From NCBI GenBank assembly GCA_942493095.1, contig OW818675.1, positions 1,740,001 to 1,772,000 of the forward strand: 32,000 bases of DNA. Direction: 5' to 3'. This document shows, one piece after another, positions 18,961 through 26,335 of the stretch. The first letter of the stretch is position 1. Each line of letters begins with the position of its first letter. The stretch is from Candidatus Electronema halotolerans (GTDB lineage: Bacteria; Desulfobacterota; Desulfobulbia; Desulfobulbales; Desulfobulbaceae). Below the pieces are notes generated by a model, which had not been told where the DNA came from, did no database searches, and worked only from the letters and a program-made list of their open reading frames with translations. The position numbers were made by a program, and so were the translations under genes.

Positions 18961-19943
18961 TGCGCTCTGTTCTCTGCTATGTCCATTGCCATAAGCCACG
19001 CCGCCCGCAGGCTGGCAGCATCGGCAATGCCTTTTCCGGCTATGTCGTAGGCCGTGCCGTGATCAACTGAGGTGCGGACAATGGGCAGGCCCAGCGTCAC
19101 GTTCACCCCGTCCTGAAAGTGGAGCAGCTTGAAGGGGATCAGTCCTTGATCGTGGTACATGCAGACCACTGCGTCAAAGCCGCCGTTCGCCGCCTTATAA
19201 AAAATCGTGTCTGGAGGCCACGGCCCGCTGACCTCGGCCTCGCCCTTGTACTGGCGCAGGGCCGGTTCTATAAGGTCAATTTCCTCGCGGCCAAACAGGC
19301 CCTGCTCGCCGCTGTGAGGATTGAAGCCTGCCACGGCAATGCGCGGCTTGCTGCAACCGAAGTCCCGGCGCAGGGAATCAGCAGTCATGCGGATGCAGTC
19401 AAGAATCCCGTCCGCAGACAGCATGGTGCTGACCTTGGCCAATGGCTCATGAATGGTCACTAAAATCACCCGCAGGCGGCTGCCAGCCAGCATCATGCGG
19501 AAGCGGCGGGCATTGGTCAGCTCGGCCAGCATCTCGGTGTGGCCGGGATAATTCATGCCTGCATCGTGCAAGGCCTTTTTGGCAATCGGGCAGGTGACAA
19601 CTGCGGCAAACTCGCCTGCCAGCGCGCCCTGCGCCGCCCGGATGATATACTCAGCCATTGCGATGCCGGTTTCCTTGCTCGGCTGGCCCCAGCGCAGCTT
19701 GTCCGCATCAAGATGCGACAGCTCCAGCACCGGCACCGTGCCCGGCCTGATGCTCTCTCCTGCCTGCCAAGCAACCGGTTTAACTGTGCTCTCCAGCAGA
19801 GCGGCAGTTCGTTGCAGCACGCCCAGATCGCCAAGCACCACCGGCGGGCAGGCTTCATCCGCCGCCAGCCCGGCAAAGAGGCTGAGGATGATTTCCGGGC
19901 CAACCCCGACCGGGCAGCCCATCGTGATTGCAGCAGGTTGCAT
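18927..19943 (-). CDS. pdxA: 4-hydroxythreonine-4-phosphate dehydrogenase
   Basis: Motifs [23 protein letters not shown] and [18 protein letters not shown]. The start was moved to MQPAAITMG (ATG at 19943), which is preceded by GGAGG six nt upstream. Confidence 0.9.
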   Translation of the reverse strand: MQPAAITMGCPVGVGPEIILSLFAGLAADEACPPVVLGDLGVLQRTAALLESTVKPVAWQAGESIRPGTVPVLELSHLDADKLRWGQPSKETGIAMAEYIIRAAQGALAGEFAAVVTCPIAKKALHDAGMNYPGHTEMLAELTNARRFRMMLAGSRLRVILVTIHEPLAKVSTMLSADGILDCIRMTADSLRRDFGCSKPRIAVAGFNPHSGEQGLFGREEIDLIEPALRQYKGEAEVSGPWPPDTIFYKAANGGFDAVVCMYHDQGLIPFKLLHFQDGVNVTLGLPIVRTSVDHGTAYDIAGKGIADAASLRAAWLMAMDIAENRAQCDDETYGQDC

Positions 19944-20010
19944 GATTGCCTCCGCCTTGAAAGTTCTGCCGCCTGATGCGGCGGAAAAACTATACTCTGC
20001 TCCGCCCTTC

Positions 20011-20039
20011 TTGCCAACCGGGAAAAATCCGGTTATGCT
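20011..20039 (+). promoter_or_regulatory. Candidate sigma70 promoter for dtd (TTGCCA, 17-nt spacer, TATGCT) with a palindrome in the spacer
   Basis: TTGCCA lies at 20011-20016 and TATGCT at 20034-20039. The spacer contains AACCGG-gaaaaat-CCGGTT. It sits in the 139-bp divergent pdxA/dtd intergenic region. Confidence 0.35.
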
Positions 20040-20082
20040 CTCCATTCAGGAGAAAGCAAGCTCATGGGCAAGGAGAAATTTC

Positions 20083-20532
20083 ATGCGGGCAGTGGTGCAG
20101 CGGGTCAGTTCAGCCAGCGTGACTGTGGCAGGCCGGAAGACCGGCAGGATTAACGCGGGTCTGCTGGTCCTGCTCGGCGTGCATAAGGAAGATGCGCCGC
20201 AGGATATTGCCTGGCTGGCGGAAAAGGTCGTCAATCTGCGCATTTTTGAGGATGAGGCCGGACTGATGAACCGCTCCCTTGCCGACACGGGCGGGGCCAT
20301 GCTTATTGTCTCGCAGTTCACTTTGCTCGGCGACTGCCGCAAAGGCCGCCGCCCCTCGTGGTCAGAGGCTGCGCCGCCAGAGCTGGCCAAGCAGTTCTAC
20401 CTTGAGTTCATTGAGGCGATCAAGCGTTGCGGCATCAGCACGGCCAGCGGCGAATTTCAGGCTATGATGGAAGTGAGCCTGTGCAACTCCGGCCCAGTGA
20501 CCATTCTTCTTGATTCACATAAACATTTTTAA
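20083..20532 (+). CDS. dtd: D-aminoacyl-tRNA deacylase
   Basis: Starts MRAVVQRV, then [15 protein letters not shown] and [23 protein letters not shown]. An AGGAG Shine-Dalgarno lies 7 nt upstream of the ATG at 20083. The 325-aa ORF-track version is an antisense-of-pdxA extension. Confidence 0.92.
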   Translation: MRAVVQRVSSASVTVAGRKTGRINAGLLVLLGVHKEDAPQDIAWLAEKVVNLRIFEDEAGLMNRSLADTGGAMLIVSQFTLLGDCRKGRRPSWSEAAPPELAKQFYLEFIEAIKRCGISTASGEFQAMMEVSLCNSGPVTILLDSHKHF

Positions 20533-20578
20533 GAGCAGCGGAACGGCTGGCGGTTGTGGATAGGTTGAACTTGACAAA

Positions 20579-21160
20579 ATGGAACTGCAAATAAATGATA
20601 CTCAATTTAAAAATAGTTCAAATGCAGAAGTTGACATGGAACATCTGTTTGAAAATATATTTAAAAATATAAATGACTGGTTAAAGTTTGCGGAACAGAA
20701 GAATGTTACTTTATTGGTTTTGAATACAGGGATAGTTTGGGGTGTCAGCAGAATAATCAATAAAAATTTCTCTGAATCAAGTTTGATATTTAGCGGAATA
20801 GTTTTTGGCTATTTATTTAATTTTGTTTCAATAATAATATGTATAGCCTCATTTATGCCTGTTTTTACAGACAAATGGTTTAAGATGGAAGAAAAGAGAG
20901 AAAGTGACAATATTCTTTTCTTTTATGACATTGCCAAGTATTCTAAGAGGGAATTTTTAGAATTGGCAAAAAGGAAAGCTGGTATGAAAGAATACAAGTT
21001 TTCTGAAATAGAAAAAGACTATGCTGGTCAAATAGTAAACAATGCTGATATTGCATTAAGTAAATACAAGCAATTTAAAATTGCATCAAGGTTTACAATT
21101 ATTTCTATAATATTTTTCGTTATCTTTATAACGATTGCCTTGCTTGGAGATAAGCTATGA
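20579..21160 (+). CDS. Small three-TM membrane protein; candidate membrane effector of a cyclase-based (Pycsar-like) defence cassette
   Basis: Predicted TM helices are VTLLVLNTGIVWGVSRII, LIFSGIVFGYLFNFVSIIICIASFMPVF and FTIISIIFFVIFITIALLG. A ~70-aa charged helical segment lies between TM2 and TM3. GC is about 30%. The stop overlaps the cyclase start (ATGA). The N-terminal WLKFAEQKN...TM layout resembles the Pycsar-effector (DUF5706) / SLATT type from memory only. An alternative start is the ATG at 20636 (MEHLFENIF). Confidence 0.55.
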   Translation: MELQINDTQFKNSSNAEVDMEHLFENIFKNINDWLKFAEQKNVTLLVLNTGIVWGVSRIINKNFSESSLIFSGIVFGYLFNFVSIIICIASFMPVFTDKWFKMEEKRESDNILFFYDIAKYSKREFLELAKRKAGMKEYKFSEIEKDYAGQIVNNADIALSKYKQFKIASRFTIISIIFFVIFITIALLGDKL

Positions 21161-21969
21161 TTACTGAAACTCAATTGCCAGAAAAATATCGTGATATAAT
21201 AGATAATCAGGTTAAAAAATTTGATGAAAAATTCTCGAGAGAAATTTTTTCTCAGAAGATAAGGAAAATGGAAAGGATACCAAGTGCTGAGAATATTCCA
21301 ACTGAAGATTCTATAAGATGGATTCAAATTCCAGATGTAATATGCGTATTTGTTGATATGAAAAATTCAACCAAGTTGAGCGCATATAAACATGCAAGAA
21401 CAACAGCAAAAATATACACGTTGTTCACAGGGACGGCTGTAAGGATTTTCAGAGCATTTAATGCGTCTTATATAGATATCAAAGGCGATGGTATCTTTGC
21501 ATTATTTAATTATGATCAAGTTCATACATCTCTTGCATCGGCAGTTACATTTAAAACTTTTGTGCAAGATACTTTTTTAAAAAAAGTACATGAAATAGAT
21601 ACTGGAGTTCATATAGGGATACATCAGGCAACATTATTGGTGAGTAAGATAGGTCTTAAAAGAAATAAAAATAGAGATGATATGCACAATGAAGTTTGGG
21701 CTGGAAAAACTGTAAATATGGCGGTTAAACTTGCGAGCTTGTCAGAAAACAACGAAATAGTTGTATCAAATTGTTTTTATGAGAAAATAACATCAAGAGA
21801 AGCTCTTTATTGCTGCCGATGCTCATCAACTCAACTGTTATGGGAAGAACAAGATGTATCATCGGATGACAGATTTTCATTCGATAAAATAAATATATTA
21901 AAGTCACTCTGGTGTAAAAAACACGGAGCCGAATATTTACAAAATATCATAGATGCAGATAACTTGTAA
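21157..21969 (+). CDS. Class III nucleotidyl cyclase homologue (PycC-like candidate pyrimidine/purine cyclase) with a Cys/His-rich C-terminal extension
   Basis: The cyclase-homology-domain blocks occur in order. They are VICVFVD(67)MKNSTKL (metal Asp 1, nt 21355-21357), IDIKGD(111)GIFALF (metal Asp 2, nt 21487-21489) and GIHQATLLVSKIG..VWAGKTVN(187)MAVKLAS (nt 21715-21717 for Asn). A GGAGA Shine-Dalgarno lies at 21146-21150. GC is about 30%. Confidence 0.7.
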   Translation: MITETQLPEKYRDIIDNQVKKFDEKFSREIFSQKIRKMERIPSAENIPTEDSIRWIQIPDVICVFVDMKNSTKLSAYKHARTTAKIYTLFTGTAVRIFRAFNASYIDIKGDGIFALFNYDQVHTSLASAVTFKTFVQDTFLKKVHEIDTGVHIGIHQATLLVSKIGLKRNKNRDDMHNEVWAGKTVNMAVKLASLSENNEIVVSNCFYEKITSREALYCCRCSSTQLLWEEQDVSSDDRFSFDKINILKSLWCKKHGAEYLQNIIDADNL

Positions 21970-22200
21970 AGAATTATTCTCTCGTCATCCTTTTGAAATA
22001 CTGAGTTTTCTGCGAGCGGCAGATGACAGAAAATAGCTGCGAGATTGCTATTTTGACGAATACATTTTAAATATGGCTTTCACCGACTTCAACTCGCCTG
22101 ACGAAGTGCAGCAAGCATACAGCATCACGTATGCTAATAAGAATCCTGCGTTTGCCATGATGCACATCCTCACTCCATCCACCTGCACACATCATCGTTA

Positions 22201-22485
22201 ATGGCATTTCATTGGAACGAAAAGAAAAATGAAATATTGCGGAAAGAACGCGGCATCTCTTTCGAGCGGATCGTTGTTGCAATAGAGGAAGGGCATCTGC
22301 TCGGCATTCTTGAGCATCATAATAAAGAAAGATACGCGAATCAGATTGTTATTGTTGTGGAAATTGACGGCTATGCGGTCTGTGTTCCGGCAATCGAAGA
22401 AAAAAACGGCGACTTCTTCCTGAAGACGCTGTTTCCGAGCAGAAAATACACAAAGCAATACAAATTGAATGTGAAAAATGAATGA
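22201..22485 (+). CDS. BrnT-like (DUF497-type) toxin of a type II toxin-antitoxin pair
   Basis: The N-terminal FHWNEKKNEILRKERGISFERI matches the F-x-W-D/N-x-x-K-x-x-x-N-x-x-KHG-I/V-SFE signature of BrnT-type toxins. The C-terminal FLKTLFPSRKYTKQY parallels RIISARkAtkxErkxY. It overlaps the downstream antitoxin gene by 8 nt. Confidence 0.65.
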   Translation: MAFHWNEKKNEILRKERGISFERIVVAIEEGHLLGILEHHNKERYANQIVIVVEIDGYAVCVPAIEEKNGDFFLKTLFPSRKYTKQYKLNVKNE

Positions 22486-22750
22486 ACACGAAGAGAAAGA
22501 ATTGATCGCTTCAGTTGAAAACGAGGAGTGGACTTCTGTCAGCGATTTGGATTCTTTTAAAAAAAGACTGATGCGGGCCGCTGCTGAAACTACGGCAAAG
22601 GATTATCAAATCAATGTCAGAGTTTCCAAGCGGGATGCCGAGGCGTTAAAAACCAAGGCTCTGGAAGAAGGAATTCCGTATCAAGAGCTTGTGACCAGCA
22701 TTCTTCACAAGTACGTGACTGGCAGAATCGTGGAAAGGCAGGGTTGTTAG
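22478..22750 (+). CDS. CopG/RHH-type (BrnA-like) antitoxin
   Basis: The C-terminal ribbon-helix-helix segment INVRVSKRDAEALKTKALEEGIPYQELVTSILHKYVTG is typical of CopG-family antitoxins paired with BrnT-like toxins. Confidence 0.7.
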   Translation: MNEHEEKELIASVENEEWTSVSDLDSFKKRLMRAAAETTAKDYQINVRVSKRDAEALKTKALEEGIPYQELVTSILHKYVTGRIVERQGC

Positions 22751-22937
22751 CAACATTGCCGAGAGGCTGTACGAGTAGTGCGGAAAATGATGCAGCCAAA
22801 CAGAAAGTCTTGTTTGATAATCTGCTGGAAAAATGGGGCACTGTCCCGGACTCAGAGACGGACAGGATTCTCAATCAGCGGGAAACTGTAGAGCCGGAAG
22901 CTGATTTGACACCAGAACTTGTCAGCCGTCTGAAAAA

Positions 22938-23597
22938 ATGGATTACCAGCAAATGCCTGATCCCCAGCACATTGCCGCCCTTGAGCAGATCATCCGCTCC
23001 CGCCGCTCCATCCGCAGCTTTTCCGGCCACGTCCCGGAGGAGGTGCTGCGCAAGATTGTTGAATCTGCCGTCTATGCTCCGTATGCCGCCGGAACCGGCA
23101 TACCCTTGGCCGAAATCAGAAAGGTCTTCATCTTCCGGCAGGACAGCGCGGCAATAGCGCAGGCGCAGGAGATCATTGCCAGGCAGCTCCGCAAGGCTGC
23201 TTTTGGCATCAGCATCATGGTCCGGCTGCTCCCTTTTCTGAGCAGGAAGATGGGATTTTTTGCCAGGCAGATCAAAAATACGGCAGAAAATGGCATTCCC
23301 GGCCTGCGGCAAGGCTCATTTTATATCGTGGTGGCCGAGAAGAAGGGCTTTCCGGCGGTGGAACAGCAGGCTCTGGCTCATGTCATGCAGAATATCTGGC
23401 TGACCGCGACCGCGCACGGAGTCGGCTTTCAGCTCCTGTCCCTCACCGGCTCGCTGGCAAAGAACCGGCAGTTCATGGACTTGCTCGGCCTGCCGCCTAA
23501 GCAGTGGGCTTTGGCAGGCTGCCTTGTCGGGATGCCGAGCCGCCTGCCGACAACAGTCCGGCAGCGGGACCCAGAACCTTTCATTCACTGGCTGTGA
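22938..23597 (+). CDS. Nitroreductase family protein
   Basis: The N-terminal IIRSRRSIRSFSGHVPEEVLRKIVESAVYAPYA (RRSxRxF FMN-binding signature) and the size (219 aa) fit the nitroreductase fold. Confidence 0.8.
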   Translation: MDYQQMPDPQHIAALEQIIRSRRSIRSFSGHVPEEVLRKIVESAVYAPYAAGTGIPLAEIRKVFIFRQDSAAIAQAQEIIARQLRKAAFGISIMVRLLPFLSRKMGFFARQIKNTAENGIPGLRQGSFYIVVAEKKGFPAVEQQALAHVMQNIWLTATAHGVGFQLLSLTGSLAKNRQFMDLLGLPPKQWALAGCLVGMPSRLPTTVRQRDPEPFIHWL

Positions 23598-23628
23598 ATC
23601 CTTTCCAGCCAAAGCACAACAGTACAAC

Positions 23629-24579
23629 ATGAGAAAAGAAATCAAGATCGGCACCCGCGCCAGCCTGCTGGCGGTCACGCAATCGACTTGGGTCAAAGAG
23701 CAGATTGAGCGGCAGCATCCCGGCACCACGGTGGAATTAGTCAAAATCCTCACCAAGGGCGACAAAATTTTGGACGTGCCCTTGGCCAAGGTCGGCGGCA
23801 AAGGCTTGTTTGTCAAGGAGATTGAGGACGCGCTCTTGGACAGGCGGGTTGATCTGGCCGTGCATTCGATGAAGGACGTTCCTGCTGAACTGCCTGCGGG
23901 CCTGCATGTCGCCATTGTCCCGGAACGCGAAGTGCCTTTTGATGCCTTTGTGTCCGTGCGATACCAGACGCTGGCTGATCTGCCGCAGGGCGGAGCGGTC
24001 GGCACCTCCAGTCTGCGGCGCAAGGCCCAGCTTGCCGCTCTCCGGCCTGATTTGCAGATCAGCGACCTGCGCGGCAATTTGGACACCCGCCTGCGCAAGC
24101 TGGACGAAGGCATCTATGACGCGATCATTCTCGCCGGAGCAGGGCTGAACCGGCTGGGGCTGCAGGCGCGCATCACCGCCTTGTTTTCGTCAGAGCAGAT
24201 GCTGCCCGCCATTGGCCAAGGCGCGTTGGGCCTTGAGCTGCGCAAGGAGGACAGCGAGCTGCTGGATGCTCTACAGTTCCTCCATCATGCGGACACAGCC
24301 TGCGCTGTGACAGCCGAACGGGCCTTTCTCCATCGCTTGGAAGGCGGCTGCCAAGTGCCGATTGGCGGCTTTGCCACGGTTGCGGGCGGCACAGTCACCC
24401 TGACCGGCCTGATTGCCGCTTTGGACGGCAGGACAGTGTTCAAGGAGCAGCTTGCCGGGCCGGTTGAATCAGCCGCAGATATCGGCAGGACGCTGGCTGA
24501 AACCCTGTTGGCCGCAGGCGGCAAGGCAGTGCTCGACGAGGTCTATGAGGCAGGCCCGGACACGAAGCAGGGACAGTGA
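23629..24579 (+). CDS. hemC: Hydroxymethylbilane synthase (porphobilinogen deaminase)
   Basis: The start was moved to MRKEIKIGTRASLLAVTQ. Other motifs are GGKGLFVKEIE, DLAVHSMKDVP and ERAFLHRLEGGCQVPIG. Confidence 0.93.
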   Translation: MRKEIKIGTRASLLAVTQSTWVKEQIERQHPGTTVELVKILTKGDKILDVPLAKVGGKGLFVKEIEDALLDRRVDLAVHSMKDVPAELPAGLHVAIVPEREVPFDAFVSVRYQTLADLPQGGAVGTSSLRRKAQLAALRPDLQISDLRGNLDTRLRKLDEGIYDAIILAGAGLNRLGLQARITALFSSEQMLPAIGQGALGLELRKEDSELLDALQFLHHADTACAVTAERAFLHRLEGGCQVPIGGFATVAGGTVTLTGLIAALDGRTVFKEQLAGPVESAADIGRTLAETLLAAGGKAVLDEVYEAGPDTKQGQ

Positions 24580-24796
24580 ACAGCCTTCTGTCAAAGAAGC
24601 CGCCAGAATGGAAGGCAATGCCGGTTGTCAGGAAAATTCATCTGGCGTGGAGTCAAGTTCTCTTGAGAGTTGCCGGATAATTGCTTATCCTTCTCTGTGT
24701 CAACAAGTGCCCTGATAAATATGATCGATTTTTGACGCGAGATCACGTCTGTTTGATAAAGTTGCAGAAAATTCAGATGAACACAAAGGAGGAATC

Positions 24797-26077
24797 ATGT
24801 CTTACATAGCCGATTTTGAAAAAGCTTTGGAAGTTGGCCGTCCGCCGAACATCAAGGCTCTGTTTCCCAACTCCCGCGCCCTGATCGTCAGCGGCAAGGT
24901 GATTGACCGTGCTCTGCTGCGCAAGGGCAAGGCCATGACTATGGCTGCCAATGGCCGCAACCACTTGGTGATTCGCGGCGCGCTGATGGCGGCCCAGCGG
25001 GCGCAGGCGGCTCTGATCATTGAGATTGCTCGCTCCGAGGGCGGGGCCTCCTCCTACTGCGCCACCAACTACTGGAACATGGCCCGGCAGGTCGATGCGC
25101 TCTGCAACGAGATGGGCATCACCGTGCCAGTGGCCATCCACGCCGACCACTACGGCATCAAATCGCCTGCGGACATCGCCTTTGCCCGCACCGAGATACC
25201 ATCGCTCTTTGACGCGGGCATCACCTCCATTGCTGTTGATGCCTCGCACATGATGGATGACGACAATCTCTTGGCCAGTCTTGCCCTGAGCAGCGTCATT
25301 CCGCCGTGGGCTGGCTATGAAACCGAGGTGGGCGAGATCAAAGGCACGGCAGGGCTGTCATCTGCCGACGAGGCCCTCTTTCTTGTCCAAGGACTGAATG
25401 CGCATGACATCTTCCCGGACTGGATCGCCCTCAACAACGGCACCACTCACGGCATTGAGGCTTCGGACGCAGGCATTCAGGTTGAGTTGACCGGCGAAAT
25501 TCACGCGGCCTTGGAAAAATACGGCGTGTCCGGGGCGCAGCATGGCACTTCCGGCAACAGCTCGGAGCGGCTGCGGGCCATTGCCTCGCAGACCCGCACC
25601 ACCAAGGCCAATGTCGCCACTGCTTTGCAGATGATTTCTTGGGGCGTGGAAGTCAATGACTACGGCAATGCCATCCTTGATGCGGACGGCGAGTTTGTCA
25701 AGGTTCCCGGCCAAGGCATGACAGAAGAGCTGTGGGCGGATATGAAAGCGTATGCCAAGGACAAAGGCTGGTCCAAGGGCAATTACAAAAACCTGAACTT
25801 GACCTTTGAAAACCGGATCATGGGCCAGCCGCGAGAGATTCGGGAGCGCATGGCCCGCCGGGTCAGCGACTTCATTTTCACCATGCTGACCGAGGTCTTC
25901 AATGCCCAAGGCACAGCCCGCCACGCGGTCGATGCGATTCTGGAGGTAGGCTCCTATGACCTTGGCCCCAAGGTCGGGCGGATGGAATCGCCGGAGGACT
26001 GGACAGAGGAGAAAATTCGCGCCCGCGCTGCCGAGTTGGACACGGACAAAGGCCCGGAGGGTGATTTCTCGGATTGA
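24797..26077 (+). CDS. fba: Class II fructose-bisphosphate aldolase family protein (long form)
   Basis: Zn/catalytic signatures AIHADHYG, SIAVDASH, NNGTTHG and GAQHGTSGNS. A strong AAGGAGG Shine-Dalgarno lies at 24787-24793. Confidence 0.75.
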   Translation: MSYIADFEKALEVGRPPNIKALFPNSRALIVSGKVIDRALLRKGKAMTMAANGRNHLVIRGALMAAQRAQAALIIEIARSEGGASSYCATNYWNMARQVDALCNEMGITVPVAIHADHYGIKSPADIAFARTEIPSLFDAGITSIAVDASHMMDDDNLLASLALSSVIPPWAGYETEVGEIKGTAGLSSADEALFLVQGLNAHDIFPDWIALNNGTTHGIEASDAGIQVELTGEIHAALEKYGVSGAQHGTSGNSSERLRAIASQTRTTKANVATALQMISWGVEVNDYGNAILDADGEFVKVPGQGMTEELWADMKAYAKDKGWSKGNYKNLNLTFENRIMGQPREIRERMARRVSDFIFTMLTEVFNAQGTARHAVDAILEVGSYDLGPKVGRMESPEDWTEEKIRARAAELDTDKGPEGDFSD

Positions 26078-26089
26078 TGCTCTGCCGAG

Positions 26090-26135
26090 GCGGAGCTGCT
26101 TTGGTTTGCTGTAAAGAGCGGCTCCGCAGGTTTTG
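26090..26135 (+). terminator. Possible weak intrinsic terminator downstream of the aldolase gene
   Basis: The GCGGAGC (26090-26096) / GCTCCGC (26121-26127) stem is extendable with G-U pairs and is followed after 3 nt by TTTT (26131-26134). The short T-tract makes it weak. Confidence 0.3.
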
Positions 26136-26303
26136 ACATGGAGCAAAAAGCATGAAAAAAGATGGATAAGGCGCATCAACAACTGCTCCGTCAATGCTGC
26201 GGCTTTGATTGGGATGAAGGAAATGTTGAAAAAAATCGAATCAAGCATGATGTTGTTCCATCGGAGTGCGAGCAGATATTTTTCAACAGACCATTGCTGA
26301 TAC

Positions 26304-26310
26304 ATGATGA
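26304..26310. repeat. Target-site duplication, left copy (ATGATGA; 9 bp ATGATGACA if the IS end is set at 26313)
   Basis: An identical ATGATGA lies at 27203-27209. The boundary is ambiguous by 2 nt because CA/TG can belong to either the inverted repeat or the duplication. Confidence 0.75.
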
Positions 26311-26335
26311 CAGGTGATGGTGAACTGTGAGTGAT
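26311..26335. repeat. IS1-family terminal inverted repeat (left as drawn)
   Basis: CAGGTGATGGTGAACTGTGAGTGAT matches the reverse complement of 27178-27202 at 22/25 positions. Confidence 0.85.

Noticed and set aside
19555-20082. N-terminal 176 codons of the 325-aa ORF-track version of dtd
   Set aside because: This part is antisense to pdxA and low-complexity. A canonical Dtd N-terminus (MRAVVQRV) with an AGGAG Shine-Dalgarno starts at 20083.
20571-20576. TTGACA hexamer just upstream of the cassette, considered as a possible promoter
   Set aside because: No acceptable -10 hexamer was found at a 16-18 nt spacing (best candidates match 2-3 of 6). It would also exclude the first ATG at 20579. 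It is left as an open question tied to the alternative start at 20636.
21028-21327. 99-aa minus-strand ORF across the effector/cyclase junction
   Set aside because: It is antisense to two motif-supported, overlapping plus-strand genes. It is Ile/Phe/Asn-rich, as expected from AT-rich antisense sequence.
22744-22937. 5' part of a 137-aa ORF between the antitoxin and nitroreductase genes
   Set aside because: The ORF runs out of frame into the well-supported nitroreductase gene. It has no recognisable motif or ribosome-binding site and may be a gene remnant, so it was not called.
23524-23628. N-terminal extension of hemC in the ORF track, with analogous extensions at 17445-17540 (M23 peptidase), 29431-29487 (asnB), 27603-27647 (epimerase) and 19944-20045 (pdxA)
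   Set aside because: The extensions overlap upstream genes or promoters and lack family similarity. Canonical N-termini (MRKEIKIGTR, signal peptide [34 protein letters not shown]) begin at the internal start codons.
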